Positions 1 to 13,199 of a stretch of 64,000 bases of DNA are shown here, in pieces; position 1 is the stretch's first letter; every line of letters starts with the position of its first letter. Location: assembly GCA_043228905.1 (NCBI GenBank), contig JBHGNT010000017.1:16430001-16494000 (forward strand), written 5' to 3'. Below the pieces are notes generated by a model that worked only from the letters and a program-made list of their open reading frames with translations, had not been told where the DNA came from and made no database searches. Origin of the DNA: Azolla caroliniana (taxonomy: Eukaryota > Plantae > Polypodiophyta). The translations under genes and the position numbers were made by a program.

Positions 1-55
1 AGTCTTGATAGTGGGCTGACACAAGTATGTGAATGCTCATAAATGAGCATGTGAT

Positions 56-830
56 TGTCATAGACATATATATGGAGGTAGGGCTTGAACCCATGAGCTC
101 CTGGTCTCCATTGGGCAACCTCCATCTATGCATCCTTGTATAAAATCCAACTTCATGTATTGTAGATTGAACATTGGAAGTTTCCTAGCTTGCATGCATC
201 CTAATGCATTCTCTATTCCTAGCTTCCATGCATTCTCTATTCCTACCTAGCATGCATACCTCTACCCTCTTGTATAAATACTTAGGTGCAACTTGATTCT
301 AATCAAGGTGAAGAACATCAGTTATGGAATCATAAGTTGAGTTCTTGTTCTTTTTTCTCTTGTCTATTCTCTCTCTTAGTACTTAGTCTCGTCTTGGTTC
401 TACTCTATTCTACTCGTTCGTGCCAGTTTGTTCACCTTCCTCTTCTTGCTACCATGTCCGACTCCGTCGACAACCTAAACCCTGTAATGGCAGTCTTGCA
501 ACAGCTTCAACTAGAAAAGGAAATCCAAGGTTCGGGAATCATTACGAGAGCTTCAAATCGGCACATCCCAAAACCCGCCACCTGTCGATCCACACATGCC
601 ATTGACATCTCGCCCAACCATTTCTCCTTCCCATCCATATTTCCTCGAACCTACTATTAGTCTACTTGACAAATTCAACGGCACAAGGGCATATCTTTGT
701 GGCTTCATCAATCAAATTCGGCTTATCATCCGTTTACAGCCCCAACGATATGCTAGCGATTTTTCTTGGGTCGACACCCTTCTCTCCAGGCCGGCACAAG
801 CATGGTTTGCGTCATTGGTAGAGACCTCAT
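56..830 (+). mobile_element. Truncated Ty3/Gypsy element (probable LTR ~56-320 plus gag fragment), Tcn1/chromovirus-like gag
   Basis: Frameshifted gag across ORFs 286-660 and 596-850: MSDSVDNLNPVMAVLQQLQ... and EPTISLLDKFNGTRAYLCGFINQIRLIIRLQPQRY...LLSRPAQAWF. TGTCA at 56 and a PBS-like TGGAATCATAAG near 325; LTR limits uncertain. Cut at 831 by a Copia LTR. Confidence 0.7.
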
Positions 831-1037
831 TGTCGAATACGTGTTTCTAATGGTTGTATTCACACTATCCCTTGGACAAATTAGGTTCAGGACAATTCTA
901 TAAATATGTCAAAGGGTAGTTGCCCTAGCTCAGTTAGTATATAACTAACTTCGTAACCTAGCTAATAAGGTTGTTGCCTCCATTTGTTGTAACATAGAGT
1001 TCGAAGAATACAGTTACATATTGTGTGCCTCTTTGTT

Positions 1038-1073
<36 letters not shown>

Positions 1074-2591
1074 GTCTCCTTGATCTTGCTTTACTATGCT
1101 AACTTGATGATCTTCTAAGCATGGATGTTGTTCTTGTTTCCGCACTGACGATCTGAAACTCCAACATCTGGTATCATAGCCAAGTTATTCAACTCACTAC
1201 TGGCTGTCATTTGTTTTCAACAGCATTCTTGCCCCCACCTTCTTGAAGACCCTGAGTTCAAGATCTCATCTTGAGAAGAGAAATAAAACTAAAGATTTGC
1301 ACTCTACTGATCTAGATCACTCTTAAGGTAAGCCAACCGGATGTACCTTACTTCTGTGATTATAGCCACTCAGAGTGGAATCTCTATCAAATCGACCTCG
1401 ATTGTGATTTACCAGGTTAGACATTGTCTATTCGTTTGTTGTAACCACTCAAAGCAGATCCAGCTCTAGGAGCAACCTCATATTTGCTTCACTTGGCTAA
1501 ACGAAATACGGGAAGAATAGTTTAACTATGTCCCTCTAATCGTCGTAGTCACTTGAACCAAGATCGACTTGAAAAGAAGGCACATAATCTGTGATCGTCC
1601 TCTAAAAATTGGTATTCAGAACCTATTTGGCATATAGTTGTGCTCAACTCAACTAAACAATATTCGGGAAGACTAGTCGGTTTTGTCCCTCCACTCACTA
1701 TAGCCATTTGGTGCAAACTCACTATCCAATAGTCATTCGAAACCCAATCAGCAAACTCGTGTCCAAATCCGGCTAGAACGAATTTGGGTGAGCTAGTTGG
1801 TCGGGTCACGAAAGCACTAACAGTCGAAGACATGGAGAGTCGATAGCAGATGATCTAAGTAAAAAACAAGACCGACTAGTCGGGCCGACTGGACAACTGA
1901 CACAGGAGTCGGCTAATTGGATCAACTAGCCGATCAGTCGTTGGCCACCATCAGACAGTGTGTAGATGTCAATGTCCTTCAACATGTGGCGAACGACACA
2001 AATGCCTATGAGATGTGGAAGAAGTTATCATGGCTCTACGAGAGAAAGAATGCCATGAACAAGACATCTTTGATGAGGAAGATTGTACGACTGAAGTACA
2101 GGGACGGAGAAAGAATATTGGAGCACATAAACACATTCATGGGGTATATGAACCAACTTGCAGCAGCCAAGTTCCCCCTTGATGATGCTATGTAGGCCAT
2201 CCTACTACTGTGTACCCTGCCGAACAGCTGGGAGAACCTAGTGGTGACTCTCAGTACTTCGTGTCAAGAAGAAAACTTGTCCTTGCAAGTGGTAAAGACA
2301 AGCATCTTGAACGAGGAGACGAGAAGGAAGGACAAGGGTGTCCTGTCCTAGGCAGATGCGAATGTGACACAACATTTGGACAAAGGAAGGAACCGACAGA
2401 GAAGTCCACAAAAAAGAGACAAATCCCATGCCAAATCGAACTCTAAAGGTAAGCTTACATGTTTTTACTGTGGTAAACTTGGACAGTTCCAGAATGATTG
2501 TCGACACCTTAAGAAGGAAAAAGGTGCCTCAAAGGATGTCGAACCCAGAAAGATTTCTGAGGAGAAGGGCACATTAACCATTATTAGCTAA
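831..2591 (+). mobile_element. 5' part of Ty1/Copia element: LTR 831-1166, PBS 1169-1180, decayed gag with zinc knuckle
   Basis: TGTCG...CCAACA termini; PBS TGGTATCATAGC (tRNA-Met type, 1 mismatch); gag SLATIRQCVDVNVLQHVANDTNAYEMWKKLSWLYERKN...; knuckle CFYCGKLGQFQNDC; in-frame stops. Confidence 0.88.
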
Positions 2592-3720
2592 ACTACAACT
2601 TGTTGTTAAGAGTGCATCCTCTGGACCTTCTCCTTCGTCTTGATATAAACTTGCTTCTACAAGAGTGGAGATTGCCTTGCACTCTTCAAACCTGAATCAT
2701 TGTAGGAGCTTCTCAATGTACTTTCATTGACTCAAAAAAATGTCCCCCTCAATAGTTAAAATGAATTGAATGTTGAGATTGTAATGGAGATGACCAAGAT
2801 TTGTAAGTTCAAATGTCTTACTAAGATCAGCTTAAAATCTACGTTTTCTTGCTCATTAGGTCCTTTGATTATCAAATCATCAACATAAAGCACAAAAAAT
2901 AGTAATTTTTCTCCATCCTTTCAGACATAAAGAGTGCTTTTGGTTGTTTGTTCACAAAACCAAGTTGAAGAAGATAAGCATGGATCTTTGCATTCCACTT
3001 TTGAGGTGCTTGCATCAAGCCATTCAAAGCTTTAAGTAACTTGCAAACTTTAGTTGTTGCACCTTTCATGACAAAACACGGGGGTTGAATTACATAAACC
3101 TCTTCTTCTAAATCTCCATTTAAGAAGGCAATTTTAATGTCTAATTGATGAACCATCCATCCTTTATCTGTAGTTGTACCAATTGTAGCTCTGATTGTAG
3201 TCATCCTTTAAGTGGGGCCAAAGGTTTTTTCATAGTTTATCCCCTCTTTTGGGGAACAACCTTTTACTAGAAGTCTTTCTTTAAAATGATCAAGGCTACC
3301 AGCTGCATTACGCTTGACTTTTAAATCCACAATTGCTTTTCTATTGTTAGATAGATCGCATAGCTCCCAAGTGTTGCTCTTGTAGATGGACTCAAGTTTT
3401 GATTTCATGGCGTCATCCCAATGTTTATGTGCTAATGCATCCACAAGAGAGAGTGAATCCTCATCACAAATTTCAGCGATAAGAGGATGATGCACATAGT
3501 GAAGTTCAAATTGTTGATTGCTTGACCAAGTTTTACCTTGAAGAGGAGATGTGAGTTTGTTGTCCATAAGGGTGTTAAACAACCATTTATGGATTGTTCT
3601 TGCTTGCTTAGAAGAGGCTTATTCTTCCTCCAATTCCATGTCAACTTCATGTTGATCAATGAGCTATAAACATTATTATCAACAATGTTTGGTTGCTCAT
3701 TTTCAACCACATGGATTGTT
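2592..3720 (-). mobile_element. Decayed Ty1/Copia reverse transcriptase fragment
   Basis: WDDAMKSKLESIYKSNTWEL, FKERLLVKGCSPKEGINYEKTFGP, WMVHQLDIKIAFLNGDLEEEVYV, VCKLLKALNGLMQAPQKW; frameshifted. Confidence 0.9.
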
Positions 3721-3812
3721 GCAAGAGATCAATTTGAGCATTGTTTTGTTGCTCTACATCTGTGTTTGTGACCCTCCTCAAAACAATGTTATGTTTGTTT
3801 TTAACTTTGCAT

Positions 3813-4050
3813 AACTAAAACAATTGTTCTTGCCTTTCCTCCATGTGAAATTGGAAAAGAACAATCCTCTCAAGGGGTCTAATGATGATAGAGTCATATC
3901 TAAACTTAGACGAATTCCACCACAATGCTAAGCTTAGATATGAGCATCATTCCTTTAAGCTTATATCTAATCCATCATCTGATGACCCCTTGAGAGGATA
4001 GTTTCTTTTCCATTCACACCAAAAAACAGGCAAGAACATTTGTTTTAGTT
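3813..4050. repeat. Fold-back element / MITE with ~70-bp imperfect terminal inverted repeats
   Basis: AACTAAAACAATTGTTCTTGCC...GGAAAAGAACAATCCTCTCAAGGGGTC (from 3813) is the reverse complement of GACCCCTTGAGAGGATAGTTTCTTTTCC...GGCAAGAACATTTGTTTTAGTT (to 4050). Inner arms CATATCTAAACTT / AAGCTTAGATATG. Confidence 0.75.
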
Positions 4051-4668
4051 TACAATAGTGAAAGGGTTCATCTCTAAGAATGTGACGTCAAAATCTTTCA
4101 GTAACAAGGAAGTAGTTTCAACCAAAAAATCTCTCATCTCTCATGAAAACTAGAAGAAACCCTCTATCCATATTGCAAAATTGCAATAAAATGATATCAC
4201 CTTTAAAAACTAAGAATACATCCTTGATGAAGGCTTCAATTTTCAATAGATATTGGAAATCATTAATCGACATCAAAAAACATGAAGAATCAACTTTTCA
4301 AGAATAGAAAATTAACATCGAAGACGGTGACCTACCTCTAAAGAAAGAGTGACAATAAGAGGGGAGACAAGTTTGTTATTGAAAGGTTGTCAAGTTGGGA
4401 TGAAAACAAAAACCGGTGTTTTCTATCATCTTCTCTAACTAACATTAAAGCATGCACATAATTTACTTCTATCTCCCCACATAATATTTGCAATTGGTTA
4501 CTTCTATAGTTCTTGAATGGCATTGGTATGATGCCATCAAGTTGTATCTATATCCTAGTCCATGTTGCTCTTTTTCAATGGGGGCAAGAAGGGTCAAAAT
4601 CTGAAAAGAGGGTTTGTGAATCCCCTTCTTGTTATATTTTAGAAAACGCATTGTTGTATGATAAACAT

Positions 4669-4742
4669 CACTTTGTGTGGTGATAAGGCTTGAACTTGTG
4701 CCCTACGTGTACATATGCCAAGGAATTAACCATTAAGCCATC
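4669..4742 (-). mobile_element. tRNA-derived SINE-like remnant
   Basis: On the minus strand, A box TGGCTTAATGG (4740-4730) and B box GTTCAAGCC (4695-4687), ~34 nt apart; no intact cloverleaf. Confidence 0.55.
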
Positions 4743-4950
4743 GAATAGTTAAATTTTTTATATTGTAACATAATATTATAAAGGGTCAAACAAACGTCCT
4801 AGAATGCTCCACGACCCACTATATAATGAAACCCCCTCACTCTTGTTGAACCATTTTTGTTCAATGCAAGTCTCGAGTCCTCCAAGTAAGTTCTCTCATG
4901 TATCTCTTTATCTTAATACATATTTCCTTTCATCATTACTCTCTCTCTCT

Positions 4951-5325
4951 CTCTCTTCGACACTTTGGTGCCACCGGTTCTTCTCTATGAGGTGGAACTT
5001 CAAGTATGGGGCGGTAGTATCTCTAAATCTATGTGGAAAGATTTTGAAAATGTCCAAAAACATTTTCTTACAAAGTTTCTACAAGTTAAGAAACAAACGC
5101 CCTACACCCTCCTCCTTGAGACGGCATCGCTTCCCATTGAGATCATGGCCATGGAAAGGGTTGTTGAATACATGTTTAAGGTTCAAAAAAGTCTCTCACA
5201 TCGACTTCCTCGAATTGCATGGGAATCAAGCAAAAAGATCCAAAATACGCATAAAAGCAAAATTTTGTGTCCCGGTTGGATGCAAGATATAGAAAAATGG
5301 TTTGGTAGATGGGATGCAAGACACT
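4951..5325 (+). mobile_element. 5'-truncated RTE-X-like LINE fragment (post-RT region) starting at a (CT)n tract
   Basis: LFDTLVPPVLLYEVE..WG...ENVQKHFLTKFLQVKKQTP...RLPRIAWE aligns by eye with LFDSLVTPSLMYASAVWA...LERPLV in the 54-kb LINE. (CT)9 at 4939-4956. Confidence 0.75.
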
Positions 5326-6580
5326 TAAAAACTCTTTACATTAGTTATAAAATTTTACAAATGATAATGTTATATATAAATCCATGTACGGACACAATGG
5401 TTCCATCTTATGTGGATGCCCACTTACTCAAGAAAGGGTGGACAACCAGGATATGTTGACTAGGATTACCACCAAGATATGTAAAGATATGTATTCTCTT
5501 GGACCACAGGTATTTGTTTATAGGTTGAGAATGGGTCTTGTTAGCAAAGGCTGAGAGAGTTTTCATGGACATAATTAGCCTTATCTTGCCAAACGCCATC
5601 GGTTATATTTGCTCTTTTTATAGACACTTGTGGAGTAGGAACTATTATGTACAAATTTTATATTGCCATTGGCAATGTTAATTTTAATACCAATGGAGTA
5701 TAGTTTTTGTGGGAAAAAAAAAAGGGGGAGAGGACGACCATTGTTGGATGAGGCTAATCGTTGTCTTACAACTCCAACAGATCCGTCTGTGAGGCCATCG
5801 TATTGGCTCTTTAGAGTGGCTACAACTTCACTTCGTATCTCCTCTATTAATATTACTTGATACACGGTTTGGTTGGAGAAGACCCATCTACACCGTTGTT
5901 TCCATAGAATCCAAAGAGTTATTGGGCCATTTACAATCCATTTATGACCAGTATATGCGAGTACTCGAATTGTTATATTCAATGTCGGTATCCTATTGTC
6001 TCGCAATTCATGGTCTTCGATCCTGTCCGGTGTTTCCCTACCTCTTAGAATCAAAGAGCCCTCCTCTCCGTAGCCTATCCACTTCTCCATTGTTGTCCTT
6101 TGATTAGTAGCTTCCCTAAGCAATAGAGCATTCATAATTTTAGATATCATAGTCCATCCGCCCCTGATTCCATGGAGTATGTTGGCTTGATCTTGTATTA
6201 GCAATGACATAAACCGTCTCCAACATTCTATACTCTTTTGTGGACCTCTTGCAATGAATCCCCATGACAACCCCTTACTTGATCCAATTAGTTGACCGGA
6301 TTCATCTCTAATACATGGTTCCATAGGATGCGTTGATTTAGCCAGGAAAGTTCGGGGTTAGGTTGAGTGCACTTGAGCCCTCATCTTATGTCACGCCACG
6401 CCTTCCCATGGATGCACTGAATCTATGATCCTCCAATTGGCGTGAGAAACTTGGTTTGAGATAAATGTTTAAAATCCATCCCGTCTAGGGGGGCCAATTG
6501 GCCCCTTTTCGTGGCTTAAAGTAAGTGACGCGTAATCGCAATAGCATTTTCCAACAGTCATCCCCTGGTTGGAGTCCTCC
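5326..6580 (-). mobile_element. L1-clade LINE 3' fragment, interrupted by a plus-strand insert at ~5439-5723
   Basis: ORF 5581-6324 contains TLWILWKQRCRWVFSNQ (L1 C-terminal W-x-x-W-x-x-R motif). The 3' end matches 8030-8170, where the sequence runs through without the insert. Confidence 0.72.
5439..5723 (+). mobile_element. Short L1 3'-end fragment with poly(A), nested in the preceding L1
   Basis: Ends ...CCAATGGAGTATAGTTTTTGTGGGAAAAAAAAAA; homologous in reverse to 9531-9790. Confidence 0.65.
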
Positions 6581-8012
6581 TCTCGACTTAGGTGATGTGA
6601 GTATATGCCACACGCCACAAAGAAAATACATCATTCTTCATGCAAATTTGATACAATATGAAACACATTAGGTAGTCCTTGTACTTGTGCTTTTACAAGA
6701 GACAAGACTTGATTGGCTTTGTTAGTTGGTGAATATATTACTTCTTTTGGAACTTTATGTTGCTAACTATTCCACCCTTTGTAGTTAAAAAATTAATTGT
6801 TCTAATAATCAACTCTTTGGAAAATGAACATAAAGTGCATTCTTATGCTAGAGAACATTTAGGGTTTGTCCATGTTTTTGACAAAAACACACTTGGAAGA
6901 ATTATTCTGATTGTACACTATTTTGGCTCTGCCAAATTTGCATCTATTGGAGACAATACACTATTTGGGCTCTCCCAAATTTGCATCTCTTGGAGACATT
7001 GAAAATATTTTTAAAGAAAACAACCATAAGTAGTTTCTTCTACAAGAATATGCATATTCCATCTTATCTTTTTGAACATAACAAATGTTGTGTTTATGTT
7101 CTATTATATCTCGTGGGAAGATTGCTTGCTTTGGGAACCAAACTTTTCCATTTTAGTTGTTTCATCTTTCCAAGCATTTATTGGTGAATTTAAACCTACA
7201 TGATAAGCATCCATCTTGTTAGCAAGAAGATGCAACATCAAGAATACATCAAGTTGGTTGTTATTCAAGCTTTCGGCCAATTTGGACCCCTTCTTATTTG
7301 TAGTCCTATTTCTATCACATTGGAGAAGCAATGACGGCATCTTCAGTCAATTGTTCATATTCTTTTAACACTTGAAGGCATTACTATGGCCCATAAAAAT
7401 GCAGAAATTTGGGTAAAATGACATCCATTTTTTTATGGTAGCGTGATCAATTTATAGAAGTTCACTCTCAACTGCATTGTATTTCTATAAATTTGTTTCT
7501 TGTTTGTGACTTTGATGTGCTACATAGTCATTCTTCCACTAGCTTCATTTACGATCATTGGCCTATTATCTATTGTATAGGATACCTACCTTTCTCACAA
7601 ATATGTACACCCATCATGATGTTGGCATTGACTAGATTATCACAAGGTTTTGTATTTACTTTTATTAGTTTGAGCTTGTTAATCTAGGCTTGAGCAAATT
7701 GAATCGACCTCAAAATAGTTAAGAAAAGTCTAATTGAATTGTCAAACCATTAAATAACACTTCAACAACACAGTTCAAGCTTGTGTGGAACCATTGCTGA
7801 CTACTACATGGATTTTCATGCCATATGGGACGAAAGTATATTTTATAGCAATGTTTTTTACAAGGTGGAGTGATTTTACTCTTCGTCAAAGTAATTATTT
7901 AAGTCGATTGTTAGAACTTAACCTTGGTTTAAAAACGAGGGTAATTACTTGTATGTATGTAGTTCATGTACAATCTAGGGTATTTCTTAATATCATGTAG
8001 TGTCTTTTTCTG

Positions 8013-8170
8013 TTTTTTTTCCAAAAACATTACTCCTTCCATTAGTTATAAAATTTTACAGTTGAGAATGTTATATACAAATCCTATAAGGGACTCGATA
8101 GTTCATCTTATGTCGAGGCCCACTAACTCAAGAAAGGGAGAGGATGAGCATTGTTGGATGAACTTAGGCA
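8013..8170 (-). mobile_element. Short L1 3'-end fragment
   Basis: Poly-T then CCAAAAACATTACTCCTTCCATTAGTTATAAAATTTTACA...; homologous to 5335-5438 plus 5723-5750. Confidence 0.6.
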
Positions 8171-9530
8171 AACCTTTGTCTTTCGACTCTTCTTTAAGAA
8201 AATGCATTACCCTCTTCCTTAAATATATGAGTTATCCACATTAGGGAGAACTTGGGAAGGGGAATCATGAGGTGATTATTGATCCTTGGTAGGGAGGCAT
8301 GAGAAGTTTATCATGGAGGAAGGTGGTGACATATTCATCAGTGGATATCATTGATTGGGCACATCAGCAATGTAGAAATATTCCCATTACTTGTAGCCAC
8401 TTTGTATAGAATTCTAGCATAGAACATGTTCAAGATTTGGACTCCTCAAATAATTTTTGTCAAGTCATCTACAATCGTGCCTCTAATAGGCGCTTTGACG
8501 TTTAATAAAATGTGCAAGCACATATTTGAAAGTAAACACAAAATATACTTTAAGGAATATTTTCGTTGACTTGATCTATAGACATATCCATAGATTGACA
8601 TATTCGCATTCGTGCCCCCCCCCCCCCCCCCCCGCCCCCGCCCCCGCCCCCCTTGCATCATGTTCTCGGCTTGCAAATTATGGTTTTGGTTGAAAACCCT
8701 AATTTCCTCCATATTTCTTCTTCTCGGCTTGCATCCTTGCCTCCCGCTCATCCTCTGAGTGACATCTACATATTGTTATTGTCCTCCAATTTTATGGTTT
8801 TGTTGAAACCCTAAATTTGGTTTAAATTAAGAACCCTAATTAATTAATTACTCGTGAATTAATAGTAAATTAATTCATTATTAGTGAATTAATTAAAATT
8901 TTAATTTCTGAAAACTTAATTTTGGCTGCAATTAGGAACTGTAAATAATTAATATTTTTAGTAAATTAATTCTTTTTTTGGTAAATTAAATAATATTTAT
9001 TATATAAATTTAAAACGAATGGTTCTATAATATTCTTGGGGTCATTTTGTATTCTTGAATATTACAGATGGTGAATATCACGTATATCTATGGGTCACAT
9101 ATCATATCCAAGACTTTGATCATACCACTAAGATATATTAAATCCTAGATGGATCATGATGACAACAAAAGAAAAGCAACGAAGAATTGATGGTTTTGGA
9201 TTATGACAAAACAAAGTCTAAGTATGTATATTACAAGTCATCAACATCTTACCATCAAATCATGTGACTAAGTATTTCATGTAATTTTTTGATGTTATAC
9301 TATATGTTATAGTAAATCCCAAAATCATTTTTTATGTTGGTTTGAAATTTTGCTTCGAAGAAAAAAACAATATTAAATGTGATAAGTGTGCATATGAATA
9401 TTGATAGTGATTGTTATACAAATCAAGGATTAGAAAGATGATGCTATAAGTAGTGAAATTAGAGAAATTGGAAAAAATAAGCATCCCTCCCGGATATATA
9501 AAGTTGAAATTTATTTTCACTCACAAGATC

Positions 9531-9940
9531 TTTTTTTTCCATAAAAAATATGCTCCATTGGTATTAAAATTAACAATGCCAAAGGCAATCTACAAATTGT
9601 ACATAATAGTTTCCACTCCATAAGTATATATCGTAAAAAAAGGGACCAAATAAAGATGGCATTTGTTATGGCCTCTAAAAAACATCATGTTGCAGCCAAC
9701 ATTGGCTGAATGTGATTCCACATATACTGAAGCTCTTTAGTATACCCCTATTCAACCTATAAACAAATTCCTGGTTGTCCAATAGCTGTTCCCGTTCCTT
9801 GGCCTTTAATTTTCCTTTGTGAATGTCCTTTTGTACCACTTAGGTAATACAAAACTGCTCTCTCCAATCAAGCCATTGAGGTAATCTGCTACTTCTTGGC
9901 CGTAGTCTTCTTCAAGATCTTTGGGATGTTGTCGAGAAGG
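9531..9940 (-). mobile_element. L1 3'-end fragment
   Basis: Poly-T head then CCATAAAAAATATGCTCCATTGGTATTAAAATTAACA...; reverse-complement homolog of 5500-5722. Confidence 0.6.
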
Positions 9941-9942
9941 TT

Positions 9943-11520
9943 ATGAGTTTATGCATAACAATGTTAAGGTTGACTAAAGCTATGATTCTGCATATAAAAA
10001 GGTGCACTACAACAAAAGATATGTGGGATATGCTTGCAAAAATGTTTATTGATATAACATTAGCAAGGAAAATGCAACTCAAAACTCAATTGCAACATAT
10101 AAAAATGGAAAAAGGTATTCTTGTCTTAGATAATGTCACAAAAGTAAGAAAAGTTGTGGATGAGTCGAAAATAGTTGATTACGTCATTGATGATGAGGAA
10201 AATGTGTAAGAATTTGTTTAGAAAGATTACTAAGGAATTATGATGTATATAGAACTTCTATGCACGTGCTTAGTATTCCATCATTTGATCAGTTAATTCC
10301 AAAGTTATTACAAAAAGAAAAAAAACATTTATTTACCTCACATATCTCTGATGATTGGGGTAAAGGTAATGCGTTTTACTTGAGAAAAGGAAGATCTCCA
10401 AGAGATCAAGGTTATAGACGACCAAATCAAAGGAGAAGTTTGAAATCTAATTGGAATTCCTATAGGCAATCACAAATTGATTGAGATATTACATTTAGTA
10501 GATGTTGAGGACAAAGATATGGTCAACAAAGCAATCGACAAAGAGGTAGACAACAATGGAATGAACAACATAATAAACAAAGTAATCAAAATCCTCTCAT
10601 ATGCGCGTACTGTTATAATGGAGGACATCGTGTGAAGGATTGTTGGTATCATCAAAGTGACATTAGAAAAGGAAAATATGCACATAATAATTTTGCATTG
10701 AAAGATTAAATGCCATCAACTAGTTACAATGATGATAAGACATAGAGTGATAATGAAAATGCATTAGTTGCAAGTTGCAACCACATTTTAAATTGAATTA
10801 TTTATGGTACATTGATTTAGGGTGTTCAGATCACATCAACATGTTTGAAAACAGTGACTTGTTTTATCAAACAACAAAAATGATTGTGCCTAAGCAAGTA
10901 AGTATGGGAAATGACATGTGTTATACATACTACTAAGAGTAGTGGTGATATTGAAATTTAACTACCAAATGTCGTAATTAAGGGCTTACAAGATGTTGGT
11001 TTGTGCTTCGCATTACCAAAAACTCATTATCAATTACCCTATTTGTTGAAAACAATTTAATGGGCTATTTACAAGTGACAGATGTGAAATTACTCATGCT
11101 AAAAATAATGAATTAGTTGCCACTAGAAGTAAAGTGGGTTGTATTTTTGTTTGGATAATGTGAAACAAAACGTTTGGTTACTTGTGAGAAAAGTGATTTT
11201 CTGTTGTGGCATAAAATATTTGGTCATGTAAAACAACTAAAGTAAATAGATATGAGTGCAAATGGCATTGTGAGAAATTTGTTTGTGTTCGATAAAAACT
11301 ATCAATATATGAGTCGTGTTGTAAAGCTAAACTCACAAGAACTATAACGCCTTTAAGAGATACATTATCTAAGTATCCTCTTGAGCTTGTACATACAAGT
11401 GTTCGGGGACCATCACAAGAACCAAATATGGCAAGATCCAAATATTCTATTATAATTCCTGATGATTTTTCCCGCATGATTTGGATATATTTCATGAAAA
11501 ATAAGAGTGGTTTATCTATA
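9943..11520 (+). mobile_element. Highly decayed Ty1/Copia gag-protease-integrase region
   Basis: HIKRCTTTKDMWDMLAKMF...ARKMQLKTQLQHIKMEKG (gag); knuckle remnant near 10600-10650; WYIDLGCSDH-like protease remnant near 10805; PLELVHTSVRGP integrase motif near 11375. Confidence 0.8.
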
Positions 11521-12049
11521 TGACAAGGGCCTATGGTTTGAGCCTATATAAGAGGGTTCGTTACCTTCATGAAAGGGGGTCACTTTATAGAGACTCTAGC
11601 AATATGGCAATGCTCTAACTACAAACGTGTGTTCCTCCTTCAAACCCAAGGTATGATCCTTGTGTGAACTTGGTGGTATGGGATGCCGATGGGGGACTCG
11701 AATCCGTTGCTCACCTTCGTTAGGAGCTGGTCGATTGGTCTAACACCACTTCTTTATTTCCTCCCTTAGTTTGTTTAATGTTAGTTAAGATTCTAATAGT
11801 AGTTACATTGAAAGTACGTCTTAATGTCAACCAAAGTTATACCTCGCCACCAACGTTATGTGTGGGGTTCAACCATCGTCTACCCTATTGTTAATGACAT
11901 CAATTAATAGTTTGGTACGTGGATCATTAATCATGTATTGTAATTATTATTGGGGTCCCATTACATCCTAGTAAAAGCAATTATCCTTAATCCACTAACC
12001 ATTAAGCCTAGATATACTCATGAATGTATTTGAACCTTGTATCTTGTCA
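11521..12049. mobile_element. Probable solo LTR
   Basis: Begins TGACAAG (11521) and ends CTTGTCA (12049), a perfect 7-bp terminal inverted repeat with TG...CA ends; no matching TSD. Confidence 0.5.
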
Positions 12050-13199
12050 CCAACTTTAGAAATTCATCAAAACCTATGCACAACATATTACTGTTTTTAA
12101 GTAGGCCAATGTGGCTCATGAGAAAAAAAACAAAAAACATAATATATCTTGCTCACTTGTTCAAGAAATAGAATCTCTAAAAATTATATAAATACAAATT
12201 GGCCATGTTGACCCATCCTAAAACCACATCATTTGTCTCAATTCAATTATTTTGATTGAGGGGTCTTGCCTTGAAGCTTTGATGCTTCCCAATGGTGGCT
12301 CTTATATGTTAATTGAAGCAATGTCTCTTTCGTCTCCCATGTATCAAGGGCTAAGTTCTTCAACACTCTCAAAAACCTTTTAGATGATATTACATGCTTC
12401 ATTTGTGCTCTATTTGGTCTTAAATGTGTTGGAGGTGGGGCATATGGTTTGTGGGTGAAGCAAGTTGAGGCCAATGGCCTTGTATTGTTTCAATGGGTGT
12501 GAGAGTGTTCTACCTTTCAATATGGTTTATTGACCTTATGAAGCTCCATGCAATAAAGACCAAACGATTTTGGTCCTTGAATTGCATGACACAATGCAAA
12601 TTACAAGACAAATAATAGGTTCCTTGGATATCATAATGTATAATACATATAAAAACATAATGATTTTTCAATTGTATGTCCCTCTCAAATTGTTTGGTAT
12701 AACATATTATGTATTGTCACTTTCTTCCATCTACTAATTTGTTTTTTGAGTTGATCTTAAGACGTGTGTATTTGTCTAATGGTCACGTGTAGACCATATG
12801 TAAAATGTATATCCATATACCTTGGGTAGCCATTGGAGCCATCGAGGGAGAACTTGAATAACATGAATGTGGTAATGTATCATCCTTGTACAATGGGAAA
12901 TTGAGGGTTATCACATATTCTCATGATATTTACCCTTAATTCACTTCCGTCCAATTAATTCTCATGTTGGGCAATTGAAACTATAGTCGAAGGGGGTAGT
13001 TTTTCTTTATAAATGCCAATATGCAAGCCTATCCAAGAACTTGTTTTAACATTACCAACTTTGTTTGTCTAGTTGTTGCCAATTGCATCAAGAAGTGTGG
13101 GCAAGTCATGAATACCTAATGTGGGGAATGTTTTATAATCTTTGTATGAATAGACATTCAACTACCATGGATAATGCCCCTAATTCTGCTTTGATGATT

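Noticed and set aside
4669-4742. Functional tRNA gene (also 47276-47453)
   Set aside because: A/B boxes are present but no acceptor or anticodon stems can be formed.
6600-8000. Possible decayed coding sequence (also 13700-14700 and 42100-43900)
   Set aside because: No recognisable motifs in the frames I read; left unannotated.
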